Positions 49,197 through 60,517 of a stretch of DNA of 64,000 bases are shown piece after piece (the stretch's first letter is position 1; each line of letters starts with the position of its first letter). The DNA is from Toensbergia leucococca (taxonomy: Eukaryota). The DNA lies in NCBI GenBank assembly GCA_022813965.1, contig JALDZS010000130.1:1-64000 (forward strand), given 5' to 3'. The position numbers and the translations under genes were made by a program. The notes under the pieces are model-generated. The model was not told where the DNA came from, searched no databases, and saw nothing but the letters and a program-made list of their open reading frames with translations.

Positions 49197-50746
49197 TCAA
49201 AACGATAACAAATTCAGTGATACCAGGATTACAACGCCAAGACAAGATTGGAGGTAGCTTGGTTTACAGACAACCGCTATCGATTTGGTAGTGCTTGAAG
49301 CGGTGGATGCCGAAGTCGTGCCGGTAAGGGTGCCGGAATTAGGACTGGAGCCAGAGAGGGTCCCTGTAGAACTTGTGTGAGTCGTGGCCGATATTGAGGT
49401 CGAGCTGCTAGAAATAGCACCACCGCTGGTGGTTGATGTGGGTACTGGGGTCGGACTCGGAATATTCGACGTATTGTTATATATCGCGGCATTCGCGGGA
49501 GTGGTGATGTTTGTCGTGGTATTGAGGAAACCCATTATCTATATTCATCTCCAGTGAGCTCTTTCTCGACGGAGAGGGTGGGAAAGGAAGTTTAAAGAAA
49601 TCAACGAACTTTGTCAAGACCATGAACGCATCCGGTGTTGGCAATAAAGTCTGAACCTATTATTCGGGCATCATTCAAAAAAATGGAGCCATTTCGCCTT
49701 GTGATGAGGATCGGGTAGCCGTTTTGCGAGTGTATCAGGTCGCCATCGGTGAAGTTTGTGGTATAGAAAGAGCCAGTCAAGCCATGACGTGTTAAAGTTG
49801 CAAGTAGGGATGCCGGCCCATCAGATACATTGCCAGTAGTGAAGGCGAGATTTCCCATGGCAGCAAATGCATCATTGTCCGGACAGACGCACGTGAGCCC
49901 CTTGGCAGCATTCTGGACAACAAAGTGTCAAAAAAAGTGTTCCGTGAAATGAAGAGAGGACTTACAGTGCCTTCGGTGACATTTGTACGGTTCAGGCCTA
50001 CGACGAATGAACTAAGGCCCTGGGCTGTCATGGTGTTGGTTTGGTTCACGGGCAAAGTAAGGAACCTGCTTTCCCATGTATATCAAAGAGGTATTCCTAG
50101 TGGGGACCATATCCTACTTATCCAAAACAACGGAAAGAATAGTTACCACTAACCCATCGATGATGTAAAAGTTTCCTCCAGACCAATTTCCAGGCGTAGG
50201 ATCCAGAAGGACCTGGGCTCCCTCGCCTGACCGTACCTCAGTACTACTCAGAGGGCCTGCTTGTCTAACTCTGATTTTTTTGGCGCCACTGGGCGTGTCT
50301 GTTGAACCAATGTATACCACCTGATGTAGTTTGGCTCCATTTGGTAACAATTCTCTATTATCGTATGTTTGGTTTGTGAGTGCAGTGTTGGATACTAAGC
50401 CGCCAGGTGTTTGCAAATCCGAAGACGACAATGCCCCTTGTATCGAGTGGTAATTGAGTAGGTTTCCGAGATCTGGCGAAGAAAGACTACTGACGCTGCT
50501 CCCGGTGGCCTGTCGATAATTGTTGAAAGCATCGTTATTTGGAATTAGAATGGTCTGTTTCTGCGACGCTGCGGTGATGTTTGTAAGAAGTCCGGCCGCA
50601 GCATCAGGGTTGGACAATAACAATTGGTTGAAGTCAGAAAGTTGGGGATAAGCTGCGGTTGCATTCAACAAAGATTGAGCGCTGACAAAGGAGAAGTTCA
50701 GGAGAATGAGAAAGCGGATGGTAAGCATCATGTTCATGAATGCCAT
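49197..50746 (-). CDS. Fasciclin (FAS1)-domain cell-surface protein with Ser/Thr stalk and GPI-anchor signal; 4 exons
   Basis: Signal peptide and two FAS1 repeats (TILIPNNDAF...LLNYH...FYIIDGFL; TCVCPDNDAF...GCVHGLDKIM), an S/T-rich region, and a hydrophobic C-terminus. Introns 50066-50153, 49913-49965 and 49539-49609. The start could be any of several Met codons from 50746 to ~50728. Confidence 0.88.
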
Positions 50747-51911
50747 GGATTTCGCAGAAGAAGGCGCCACAGGTTGTTCTTGTGTATAAGTACGAGGTAC
50801 AGCAACATACCCCACCTACTTGTTCCTGTGGGATTTTCAGCCTCAGCATTCACTTATGTACAAGCACGACCGGGATTCAATGGACGGAAAGGCCCAAACA
50901 CTCGTAGATACGTGGTCGTGTGTGGATCCACCGGTGCTGCAGTATGGAGTCGGGCAAGCCCTGGAGCAGGATAGACTTTGGGGTAAGGTACTTCGTCTGG
51001 TGCGGCGTAGCCTTGTGGGGAAAGGCCGTCGTCCATTGGAGAAAATGCTGGTTACACAAGATCATGGCTAGCGACATGTTCCTCAGCTGATGCATTTCGA
51101 GCCCAAGACTGCAAGCCAATATGTCATTGTACTTGGAATAAAGGTGATGGCTTGGTGGGGATCTTCTAGAGCATAAGAGTAAGTATCCAGTGGCTTACGC
51201 TAGGTACGGTAACTTTGGATCTTCGCAGCCGGATAGCGACTTCTCGTGCATAGCTCAGGTATTCGACTTGATGAAGGCGGATCTCCAAGCGATGGTCGTG
51301 GTAATGGTAATGGACTGAAGTGGCTTCTACGAAGGGCTAAGGCTACCGCTATAATTGACACCGAGCCGGTCAAAATCTTGATGGTACTCGACGAGTTGTT
51401 CAAATTTACGTGCTCAAAACAAAACTCGGCAGGTTTTCTCATCTTACTGAGGCTAGCGAATAGAAGCTGATGCAGGAATACCTACCTAGGCAAGCTGGGG
51501 CATAATTCCCGCAATAATGTCACCTTTGCTGACCACCTGGCTGTATGATTCCGCATGTATGGAAGATAAGGCAACATACTAGCAATGTCAGCTAGCTATC
51601 TAGCCCTGTGCCATGGTCTGAAACGAGACTCATCCTTCCTCCGCATTTGCTATCGATTACTCTATCGTAGGTTGTTTTGTGCCTAGAATCCATCCATCTT
51701 TACAGCCCGATTTTGAATATCCTGCAATAATCTACCATCACCATCAAATTAAAAACTGAGATTTCCTGAAGTCCGTCCCCATCCTTTATGAAACTTGATC
51801 ATTAGCCGCACTGCGTCTGTGGCGTCTGCCTTCAAATCGAGACCGCTTTTTCAAAGAACGAGGAGAGACACGATAGACAACATTTTCTGACAATATCATC
51901 CTTTATGAAAC

Positions 51912-53092
51912 ATGATCATTCTGCCAGAAGAATATGCTGCCATCTTTCTAGCATTGCTGTTCTCTGCTCAGCTTGTCAATTGCTCTCGCCATGTTTTCCC
52001 AACACCGACATTCTCAGGATTAAGGGCAGCCCAGGTTGGAATTGAAATACTGCCTACCATAAGCCCTTGGAGTCCTTCCGAAATTTTGAAGCGATTGAGT
52101 GGAGATCCTGCCATATGTGGCTGGGTAGATGGTAACGGCAGTAAGTTCTTCAAGATCATGACTAGCGCTTTTAAAGTCTAGTTGAGAGCTGAAAGTATAA
52201 AGACGACACTGTGTCCTGCAACTCAGGATATACCTGCGCTGCCTTCTCGACATTTGTTGGATGCTGCTCCACAGGTGCCGCCGGCTGCGAGGTACTCTAT
52301 ACTACTTGCTTTGATATCGTAGGCCAAACTTGTGACGCTTCTTGTAGCGCCGACAGAGGTGCTTTACAATGGTTAGTCACAAATCAAGAGCCAATATTCG
52401 GAACGTTCCTAACCAAAAATAGTGGCCAACCAGTACCATATTGTGCCCTCTACCGATATACTTCTGGTTCCGTGGGATACGGATGTGCAGGATACGCTGG
52501 GTATAATAAGACAGTCCTTGAGACAAGCACAGCTGCCGTGATACCGTTCGGCCAGAGCGCGACGACCACATCGTCTTCGAGTACTAGCTCCATCTCCAGC
52601 ACTAGCTCAACATCAAGCAGTCCAACAAGTACCCTCGCCGCCACAATGACACCTTCAGCCACTGCGGCAGCAAACAATCTGCTACTGATCAGCGGAGGCG
52701 CTATAGCTGGAATAGTCGTGGCATCAGTCCTGGTATTGGCGGCTATCGGTGGATTGATCTGGTTTTTTCTTCGAAGACGCCGCACGAATCAGAGGCAGGC
52801 TGCAGAAGCAGCCCAATCTTCCCATCCGTCATATCCTTACCAGGATCGATACATTTATGCCCAATACGCGAAAAATGATCCAAGCACTCTCTCATCTCCC
52901 AGATCTCGGGCCAACCACTCCCGCGATCCTTCAGATCAGTATGCTGGTTCTCATTCAGAGCTTGGTGGACGATCTGTTTCACCGCAGACTATTATGAGTC
53001 CCACATTTTCTGACGGTGGCCATATATTACCTGCTGAATTACCAGCAATGGACGAGGTGAGTCTAGGGGGAAACGTGTCCAAGCAGACATAG
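51912..53092 (+). CDS. Single-pass type I membrane protein: Cys-rich ectodomain, Ser/Thr stalk, Mid2/SKG6-like TM; 3 exons
   Basis: Signal peptide, ICGWVDGN...C...VGCC...TTCFD, an S/T tract, ISGGAIAGIVV-TM-LRRRR, and C-terminal AELP. Introns 52141-52202 and 52372-52422. Confidence 0.8.
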
Positions 53093-53333
53093 TTTAAGTT
53101 GTAGGATTAGCCCTAATCTTCAGAATCATGAAACTTTGGTGCACATTTGCATGATCTTTAAATTCGGAAAGGAGTGAATTAAGAGCCATTCGAGGATTAA
53201 AGAAATTCGAGGATTTGCGGGACACCTGGAGACCTCAAGGAATGATGTCATGCACCTAGATTGATAAGATTAGATCATTTTTTTGGTAAACTCTTCGTGA
53301 GACACCACCACTCGGGGCAACACTGTCAAAGCC

Positions 53334-55653
53334 ATGGCACTTTTCTCAAAGGGTAGAGGCCGCTCGCGGGGCGGTGATAATTTTCGAGCAAAAGGAGGTT
53401 CGGGAACCCGTGGGCAAGGCCGTGGCAGAGGAAGAGGAAGCAATCTTGCGAGGGGAGGACCTCGTTCGACGTTCAATCCGACACGAATTGAAGAGATAGC
53501 TGAGGATGACTCTAATGAGGGAAACACCACTGCAGAAGAGGGATTGAAAGGAGACGCCTACTCGTCTGATAATATATCAAGCGACGAAGACAATGAAGAC
53601 ATTGAGACGAAAGTCAAACCCTACAGTGTCTTGCTGCAGTCCTTGAACGCTAGCGTTCCACGTGGACAGCCCCAAACAAAGAAACGCAAGGTCAAGAGAG
53701 ATGAAGACTTTGGTGATACCCGGCTTAGTGAAAGATCTCGGGATGAGTATCCCCAAAATACCATGGATAGCGAAATGGATCTCGTAGAAGAGCCAGAAGA
53801 GGGCGGCAACCTATCTATGGATGCGGTAGAGAATAACGATGACGACAATGAAGACATTTCTGGTAAGACCTTGAAATCTTGAAGACTGTATGACTAACAT
53901 ATCAAGACAATGATCCATTCGCAAAGCACATATCCGATCCTGACGAAGCCAAGCTAGCACAAAAGATCCAGAACGTCAAGGATGACAAGTGGGTAAGGTC
54001 GGGTAGTTCAGTCATTCTCGCAACGTGGAAATTCAGTCTTCAGCATCCGGTTGATGCAAGTTACATACCACTACTTGGGGCCAAGGTCCCCATAGACACT
54101 GGGAATTTGCCGGTAGGAATATTGTCACAGGCAACACGTTTCCCACTAACTATCAGCAGCTCAAGCAAAAGCTCCAAGTGTCTTCAATGAAACTTCTGCC
54201 GCCGTTCAACCATCTGATAGGAAATCTGGCCTCATGTATGCTCAGCTACAGAGATCTGCTACTTTGCCACGGATCATCAACCAATGCTGACAGCCTTCGA
54301 AAACTAACATCTTTGCATGCTCTCAACCATATATTCAAGACTCGTGACAAGGTCATCAAGAATAACGGGCGGATCGCTAGGGATACCGAAGGCGGAAGTA
54401 CTGAGCTGCGCGATCAAGGCTTCACCCGTCCAAAAGTGCTTATAATCCTACCTACAAGGCAGTCATGCGTCAAATATGTGGACACTATGATTTCATTGTG
54501 TGAACCTGAGCAGGAGGAAAATAGAAAGAGATTCCAAGACTCTTATGCGCGAGGAGACGATGAGTTCTCCGACGACAAACCAGAGGACTTCAGAGAATTA
54601 TTCAATGGTAACGACGACGATATGTTTCGACTGGGTATGAAATTTACTCGGAAGACTGTTAAATATTTCGCGCAATTTTACAACTCGGACATCATATTCG
54701 CAAGTCCTCTGGGGTTACGAATGGCAATTGGAACAGAAGATGCCAAAAAGCAGGATCATGACTTTCTCAGTTCTATTGAAGTTGTTATAGTTGATCAAGC
54801 GAATGCATTGCTGATGCAGAATTGGGAACATGTTGAATACATTTTTGAACACCTCAATCTACAGCCAAAGGAGGCTCATGGTTGCGACTTCAGCCGTGTC
54901 CGCAATTGGTATCTTGATGGTAATGCAAAGTACATCCGACAAACCATCTTACTCACGAACTTTAACTTTCCCGCTCTGAACCGGATATTTTCTCTCTACA
55001 TGTCAAACGTGGCTGGGAAAGCCAAGTTTGGCGTAGATTACGACGGGGCAATGCTGGACCTGAGTGTCGAGCTCAAGCAAACTTTCTCCCGGTACGACTA
55101 TACAAGTCGAATCACCGATCCAGACAATAGGTTTGAGTACTTCACTGCGGCCATAGTGCCAATCCTGGCAAAACACTCTGTGGCAGCAGCTGGAGGCGGG
55201 CAAGGTGTGCTGATCTATCTCCCCTCGTATGCAGATTTTGTGCGTGTACGAAACTACCTTGCTACGTCTGCAAGTACTCAGAATATCTCGTTTGGCTCTA
55301 TCTCCGAGTATACGTCAGTAAGGGACGTCGCAAGAGCTCGAAGTCATTTCTACTCTGGCCGGCATTCGGTCCTGCTTTATACGGAGAGGGCTCATCATTT
55401 TAGGCGATATCGTCTCAGAGGAGTCAAAAAGGTTGTCATGTATGGGCTACCAGAGAATCCTATCTTCTACAAGGAAGTAGTCGGCGGATTCTTGGGTTCG
55501 AGCATCTCGGAAAGCAAAGTGGATCCTGATCAAGCAAGTGTCAGGAGCATATTTTCAAGACTGGATATGATGAAGCTCGAAAGGATTGTGGGGTCAAGCA
55601 GATACGTGAAAATGTTGGCGGATGGAGGTGGTGATACATTCGACTTCGTATGA
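53334..55653 (+). CDS. UTP25: U3 snoRNA-associated protein Utp25 (DUF1253); 3 exons
   Basis: RGG-rich N-terminus; [53 protein letters not shown] and [13 protein letters not shown]. Introns 53863-53906 and 54113-54159. Confidence 0.95.
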
Positions 55654-56304
55654 GACATCACATTACGGGTCGGCACGATTTGCAAGCAGCAGGCTTCCCT
55701 AGGCTCGTATATGAGTGCCAAGTTATAGTCAAGGGTCAAGGTAGCCAAAGGTATGTATCGCTTTCTCTACGGAATACATTATCTCGAAACTCGGGTTGCT
55801 TGTACTATTCCTCGCTTATTTCCCTAGGGCTTTCCTGTGAAATGGAAATTGTGTTCAACTACGGAGTAATGAGATCACAATTGCTTTGTGAACAAGAACG
55901 TTGAGCTGGACTGGAGGAGGACTTCCTGAGTGGTCGTGCCTATTGAACATTTGCGTAATTGTGTCAATAGTAAGCGACAATGAATGAGTGTGTATTAAAA
56001 TGCGGTGAAGCTATTGTCAATTCACCTGGAATCGTCATTCAATCTCATTTAATACTAAATTCATACTACCTTATTGTCTTGCAATCTTTTCATCTTTTCA
56101 TCTTTGCTGCAGCTGCTGCCATCTGGTGATTCCATCTTTCTTGCATCTTCTTACATCTCATCTTTGGCCACGTCCTGACTCTAATCTACATCATTTGATC
56201 TACCCATCCACGACCTTTGCATACGTATACCAAGCACTATTTTACAGCCTACCTCTGTTATTCACCAGCCCTTTAATTTCATCATCTAAAGAAATTCTTT
56301 GAAC

Positions 56305-58185
56305 ATGTATGCGCTTACCTTTGCAAATTCTCGGGAGCGTCTAGAGGCTGGGCAAGCTTGGTGGCAGTCACACAAGAACAAGGACCAGAAGCCTAAAGAC
56401 ATGATTGTTGCCGACATGATACGATCGCCAAGGATATACGAGGAAGAGGAGGAGGAGGAGGGGGATGGTGAGCCTATATCAAAGCGGATACAAGCCAATT
56501 TAAGCCAGTCCAATCCCACCCAAGACTACTCCGAGGAGGCATTCGACGCCTTCCGTCGAAGCATGGAGTCTGGCTTCCCAGAATATGTAGAGCAAGAAAT
56601 CGAAGGCGAAACCCCAGCTGAGCGACGTTCACGCCACTTTCGTGAGTCTTGGCGTCTCCTCACTCAAGACGAACCCTACCAAGACAGTCTCGACAGTCTA
56701 AGATTGTCTGCCAATTCTGATATCTTGGGCACCGAGGATGAACAGGACTATATCGTCGCTGCCATTGAGAAACTCCTTCGTATTCCAATCACACCAACCT
56801 CATCTATTTTCAAAGGTCCCGATGGAAAACCACTGGGCATAGAGGTTGCCATCAATGCCTATCAGAGAGGCGAATACAGCACTGGAGATTTACATAAGCA
56901 CTTACTTCCTCGACGTTTGAGTACCATCAACAAACCCAGTCTACGACAACAAGACAACATGGATAAACTCGACAAAGTCCCGGAAGAAGAAGGCCCGGTC
57001 CAAACAGAGCAGCCAAACCAAAGCTCAGAAACATCATCCCAATATGAAGACGAGAACGAAGCAAGCGAGCACTCCGAACTGAAAGGATCGTACACATTGC
57101 TGACCTCCAAAACGGGCCCATCGAGCGAGATCCTGGAAGTCCTAGACGCATACACCGCTCTAGGCGGCCGTGTCGAATCGCTCAGTCCGTCCATCTACGA
57201 CGCCTCACGCCAGGCCATTATTCCCGAAAGCTCTCTAGCTAAACCTCTACCACCACTCCCTCAATCAGAATCACCAGCCTACAAACCACCTCTCCACGAC
57301 CCCACTCCCGCGCCTTCGAGAAGACCCCACCTCCCACCCTCTTCCATCAACAGCACGAGCAACAGCAAACCAGCCCGCACCCTTCCCTGCCGCTCCTCCT
57401 CCCTAATGCGTCCAATTCCCCCAGGCACCAACCCCTACCTCCAAAACCCCACCCACCGCCCCACAGCCTCAGAATCACACATCCACCCCGCCTTCCGCTC
57501 CCCAACACCAAACACCCTCCACTTCCCCTTCCACCCCTCAACCCCCTACCGCCCCATCGGCGCCGCAAAAACCCACACCCCAAACACAAGCACCTCCTCC
57601 AACGCACCGCTCTCACCATCTCTCCCCCACCCCCGCCCCCCCTCAACATACCTCCACTCCACACCCCCCTCCTCCCCAACCGACCCCACAACCTCCACCC
57701 TCTCCTCCCCACCAACAAGCCCCTCCTCCTCCTCCCCCTACCCCCTCGCAACAAAAGGCGCCTCCACCCCAAACCTCCTCACAACCCTCCTGACGCCAAA
57801 ACACCTCTACCCCGCTCCGCCCCCGCTCCTCCAGCCGCCGACGACTAGAAAGCAACCCCGCCAGCAGCAGCAGCAGCAGCAGCCGACGGCAACGCAATCG
57901 ACCCCGATGCTATCATCGACGCTCCCCGCTTCTTCTTCTTCTCTGATCCAACAGGCGAATATGGGGAATTTGCGCAAGATTAGGCAGTTGCTTGGGTCGG
58001 AGGAGGATCTTGGTTCTGCTGGTGGTGGTATTGGTGGGAGCGTGGAGGAGGAGGAGGAGGGGATGGAGAGGGAGGTTGGTATGGGTGGGGGGTTTGACGG
58101 TAGTGTTGTGGGGAGAGGGTGGGGGTATCGGATTCGGAAGGCGGGGTTGGAGAGGAAGAAGAGTTTGAGGCGGTTTTTTGGATAG
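56305..58185 (+). CDS. Hypothetical protein: acidic N-terminal half, Pro/Ser/Thr-rich disordered C-terminal half
   Basis: Uninterrupted ORF of 626 codons from ATG 56305. It carries the short motifs KPLPPLP, HIHPAFR, KIRQLLG and SLRRFFG. I recognised no domain. Confidence 0.7.
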   Translation: MYALTFANSRERLEAGQAWWQSHKNKDQKPKDMIVADMIRSPRIYEEEEEEEGDGEPISKRIQANLSQSNPTQDYSEEAFDAFRRSMESGFPEYVEQEIEGETPAERRSRHFRESWRLLTQDEPYQDSLDSLRLSANSDILGTEDEQDYIVAAIEKLLRIPITPTSSIFKGPDGKPLGIEVAINAYQRGEYSTGDLHKHLLPRRLSTINKPSLRQQDNMDKLDKVPEEEGPVQTEQPNQSSETSSQYEDENEASEHSELKGSYTLLTSKTGPSSEILEVLDAYTALGGRVESLSPSIYDASRQAIIPESSLAKPLPPLPQSESPAYKPPLHDPTPAPSRRPHLPPSSINSTSNSKPARTLPCRSSSLMRPIPPGTNPYLQNPTHRPTASESHIHPAFRSPTPNTLHFPFHPSTPYRPIGAAKTHTPNTSTSSNAPLSPSLPHPRPPSTYLHSTPPSSPTDPTTSTLSSPPTSPSSSSPYPLATKGASTPNLLTTLLTPKHLYPAPPPLLQPPTTRKQPRQQQQQQQPTATQSTPMLSSTLPASSSSLIQQANMGNLRKIRQLLGSEEDLGSAGGGIGGSVEEEEEGMEREVGMGGGFDGSVVGRGWGYRIRKAGLERKKSLRRFFG

Positions 58186-58475
58186 GGGCTTTTTTTTTCT
58201 TGGTGGTTTGGAGGGATTAGGGGGATTAGGGCTCGGGTTTGTTTGAGGTGGGGCCTTTTTTCTTCCTGTTGTTTGGTAGGCTTGGTGGGGTTTGGCGGGA
58301 TCTTTTGGGGAGGGGGGATTTGGGGGACTCCTCCGAGGGGAGATGTATGCTGTCGTTACCTCCCGGTGTTTTTTTTCCCCCACCCTTCACCCTTCATCCT
58401 TTTTCTTCATTTTGGTTCATTTTTGGGGGGGCTGGAGGCTTGCGCTGGGCAGTGGGGCGTTGACTAGGTAGCTAG

Positions 58476-58600
58476 TTGGCTTTGGTTGGCTTTGGCTAGC
58501 TAGTTGACTGAGCTGGTTTGGTTGGCTTTGGTTGGCTTGGGCTGGCTTAGCTAGCTGGCAGGGTAGGTACCTTAGGGTACCTTAGGGTAAGGTAGGGTAG
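58476..58600 (+). repeat. Degenerate pentamer array (TTGGC/TTGGT/CTAG) followed by a GGTACCTTAG tandem and AGGGT repeats
   Basis: ttggctttggttggctttggctagctag...ttggttggctttggttggcttgggctggc, then ggtaggtaccttagggtaccttagggtaaggtagggtag. Confidence 0.7.
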
Positions 58601-58764
58601 AGTAGACTTACCTAAGCAGGGAAGAAGATGGGGGGCATCTGAAGCCGGCTGTAGAGTTTCTCCAAACCTATTTTTTTCTCTCCCCTTTTTTTTCGAAAAG
58701 ATAGTATGTCCGAGCATGTTCGTTTGTAGTAAGATTTTTTTTTCTTCTGGGGTTTGGGGTCGTG

Positions 58765-58865
58765 CTTACCCAGCTCTACTCACTCTTGCAAGCTTTATCT
58801 ACTCTTGCCTTCCCTACTCTTGCAAGCTCTATCTACTCTTACCAGCTCTACTCTACTCTTACCAG
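58765..58865 (+). repeat. Degenerate minisatellite, ~15-20 bp unit ACTCTT(G/A)C(A/C)AGCT(C/T)TATCT, about 5 copies
   Basis: Units start at 58782, 58801, 58816, 58835 and 58855, with a partial unit at 58765. Confidence 0.8.
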
Positions 58866-59643
58866 TCTCCCCCCCTCCCCCCCCCGCCCCCGGGGGGTGA
58901 AAATACCCCAAACGCTCTCCGCACCCATGACCACTTCTGATTTATCACACCTTTCCCTCTGTCCTCTGAACTCTGCTGATTGAAAAAGAAGAAGAAGGAG
59001 AAGAGAAAGAAGGAGAAAGGAAAGATCTAGATCTGGATCTAGCGCCTTTTCGCACACCCTTTTCACACAAAACCTCACCCCTCAAAACACCCGCGCATTT
59101 TTTTTTGTTGTAAGATCTCAATCCCGATGTCCTTTTTCCAGCTGTAGAGAGTGGGGTGGGTAGGGATTGACTTTTCTTTTTCTTTCTTCTTTATTTTTTA
59201 CTTCTCTTTTCTTTGTTTTACTTCTCTTTTTTTAAGCCCGGGGGCCGGGGGAAGAGATGGAGCGAAATTGGCGCAAGAGGAGATGATGTTTTTTGCGGAT
59301 CGGGGGTATTGACGGGTATGAGAGAGCGGGAGAGAGAAGTAGGAGTAGGAGGTAGAAACGGAGTTCCCCTTCGTGTTAACCAAGCCGCAACCACGAACCA
59401 CGCATAGATACGAAAATCCCTCTGGAGAAGCGGTAGCCAGTCTCAACAGCGGTGCGCAATAGAGGGAAAAGGGGAAGGTTTATCCATCGGTATCTAATAT
59501 TACAAGAACAATAATTTATGCGCCAAAAGTCGCGTGGGCTTTTTCCACTGCTAGTAAGCCTTTTTGTTTTTTATTCTAGGCTTTTGCACGGGTGCCTGTT
59601 CCCTTGGAGCAGCTCTCCGCTCTTCAAAAAGTCCTTCAGCCCT

Positions 59644-60517
59644 TCAGCCCTTTGGCTTCCTCTTCCCAATATCCCATCCCCAGCCTCTAAGAACTTTGAC
59701 GACTTTGGGCGTGACGGCCGCGGTAACAGGAACGCGGATGAAAATGAAGGATTTATGGATCGCGTAGGCGAGGGCGAGTTGGGTCCAAATGCCTTTTGTG
59801 TCACAAAAGGAAAAGAGAGTGTGGGTTAGCGATGAATCTTCTCTCGGTGCGAATACATCTCGGCAAGTAAAACGTATAAGAGAGAGATAAGGAGGGACAA
59901 GAAAACAAGGGGAAAAACCCACTAGCATTCTCACTCCGATTCTCCTCCTCAGCCTCCCGAATCCCATGCCCCAACCCACCAACACCAGGCACAGCAACCC
60001 CCTCCCCCTCTCCAACAACCGCAAACTCCTCCCCATTCTTTCCCCCCTCCACCGCCCCTCCACTCTCTCTTTCCGGGAAAGGATAAGGCACCACGCTCCA
60101 CACCCATTCCAGCACGATCCCCTCCCATCTCCCAATCCGATCCGTCCCAAGCGAGCGCACCGCAATGAAGCAAAACGGGAAATCGAGGGCTGATAGCGCA
60201 ATATAGACGCCGAGGGCGGACCAGCCGTATTCACGGGAGAGCTTGCGGAGGCGCTGGGAGAAGCTAAGGGAAGGGGATGGGGAGGTGAGATGAGGGGTAG
60301 GGTCGTACGGAGGGCTTTTTTGGGAGGAGAAGGGCCGGCTGGGGTAGGAATGGTGGGGAGATTTTGGGGAGGCGCGGCGGGAAAGATTGTTGGTGAGGGG
60401 GGAGCGGGGTTTGATGGTGTGGTTTTGGATGGTAGTGAGGCGGCGGCGGACGAGGAGGGTGGGTGGGTTGCGGGTGGAGAGACGCGTTAGGTAGTTGAGG
60501 AGTTGGGTTGTCTTCAT
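59644..60517 (-). CDS. NAT2: Mitochondrial DUF1279/FAM210-family protein (Nat2-like); 2 exons
   Basis: Arg/Ser/Thr-rich presequence and SQRLRKLSREYGWSALGVYIALSALDFPFCF. The intron 59793-59922 joins this to SIWTQLALAYAIHKSFIFIRVPVTAAVTPKVVK. Confidence 0.88.

Noticed and set aside
58560..58600. TTAGGG hexamers here and at 2961, 10162 and 20467 as telomere remnants
   Set aside because: Only one or two non-tandem copies each, so not a telomeric array. A Tbf1-type site cannot be supported from sequence alone.
58765..58865. Repeat array as CRISPR-like
   Set aside because: Eukaryotic context, degenerate abutting units without unique spacers, and no cas genes.
59290..59640. Possible snRNA or RNase P/MRP RNA downstream of the NAT2-like gene
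   Set aside because: Only fragmentary resemblance (e.g. tgcacgggt). I could not find the conserved boxes in the required order.
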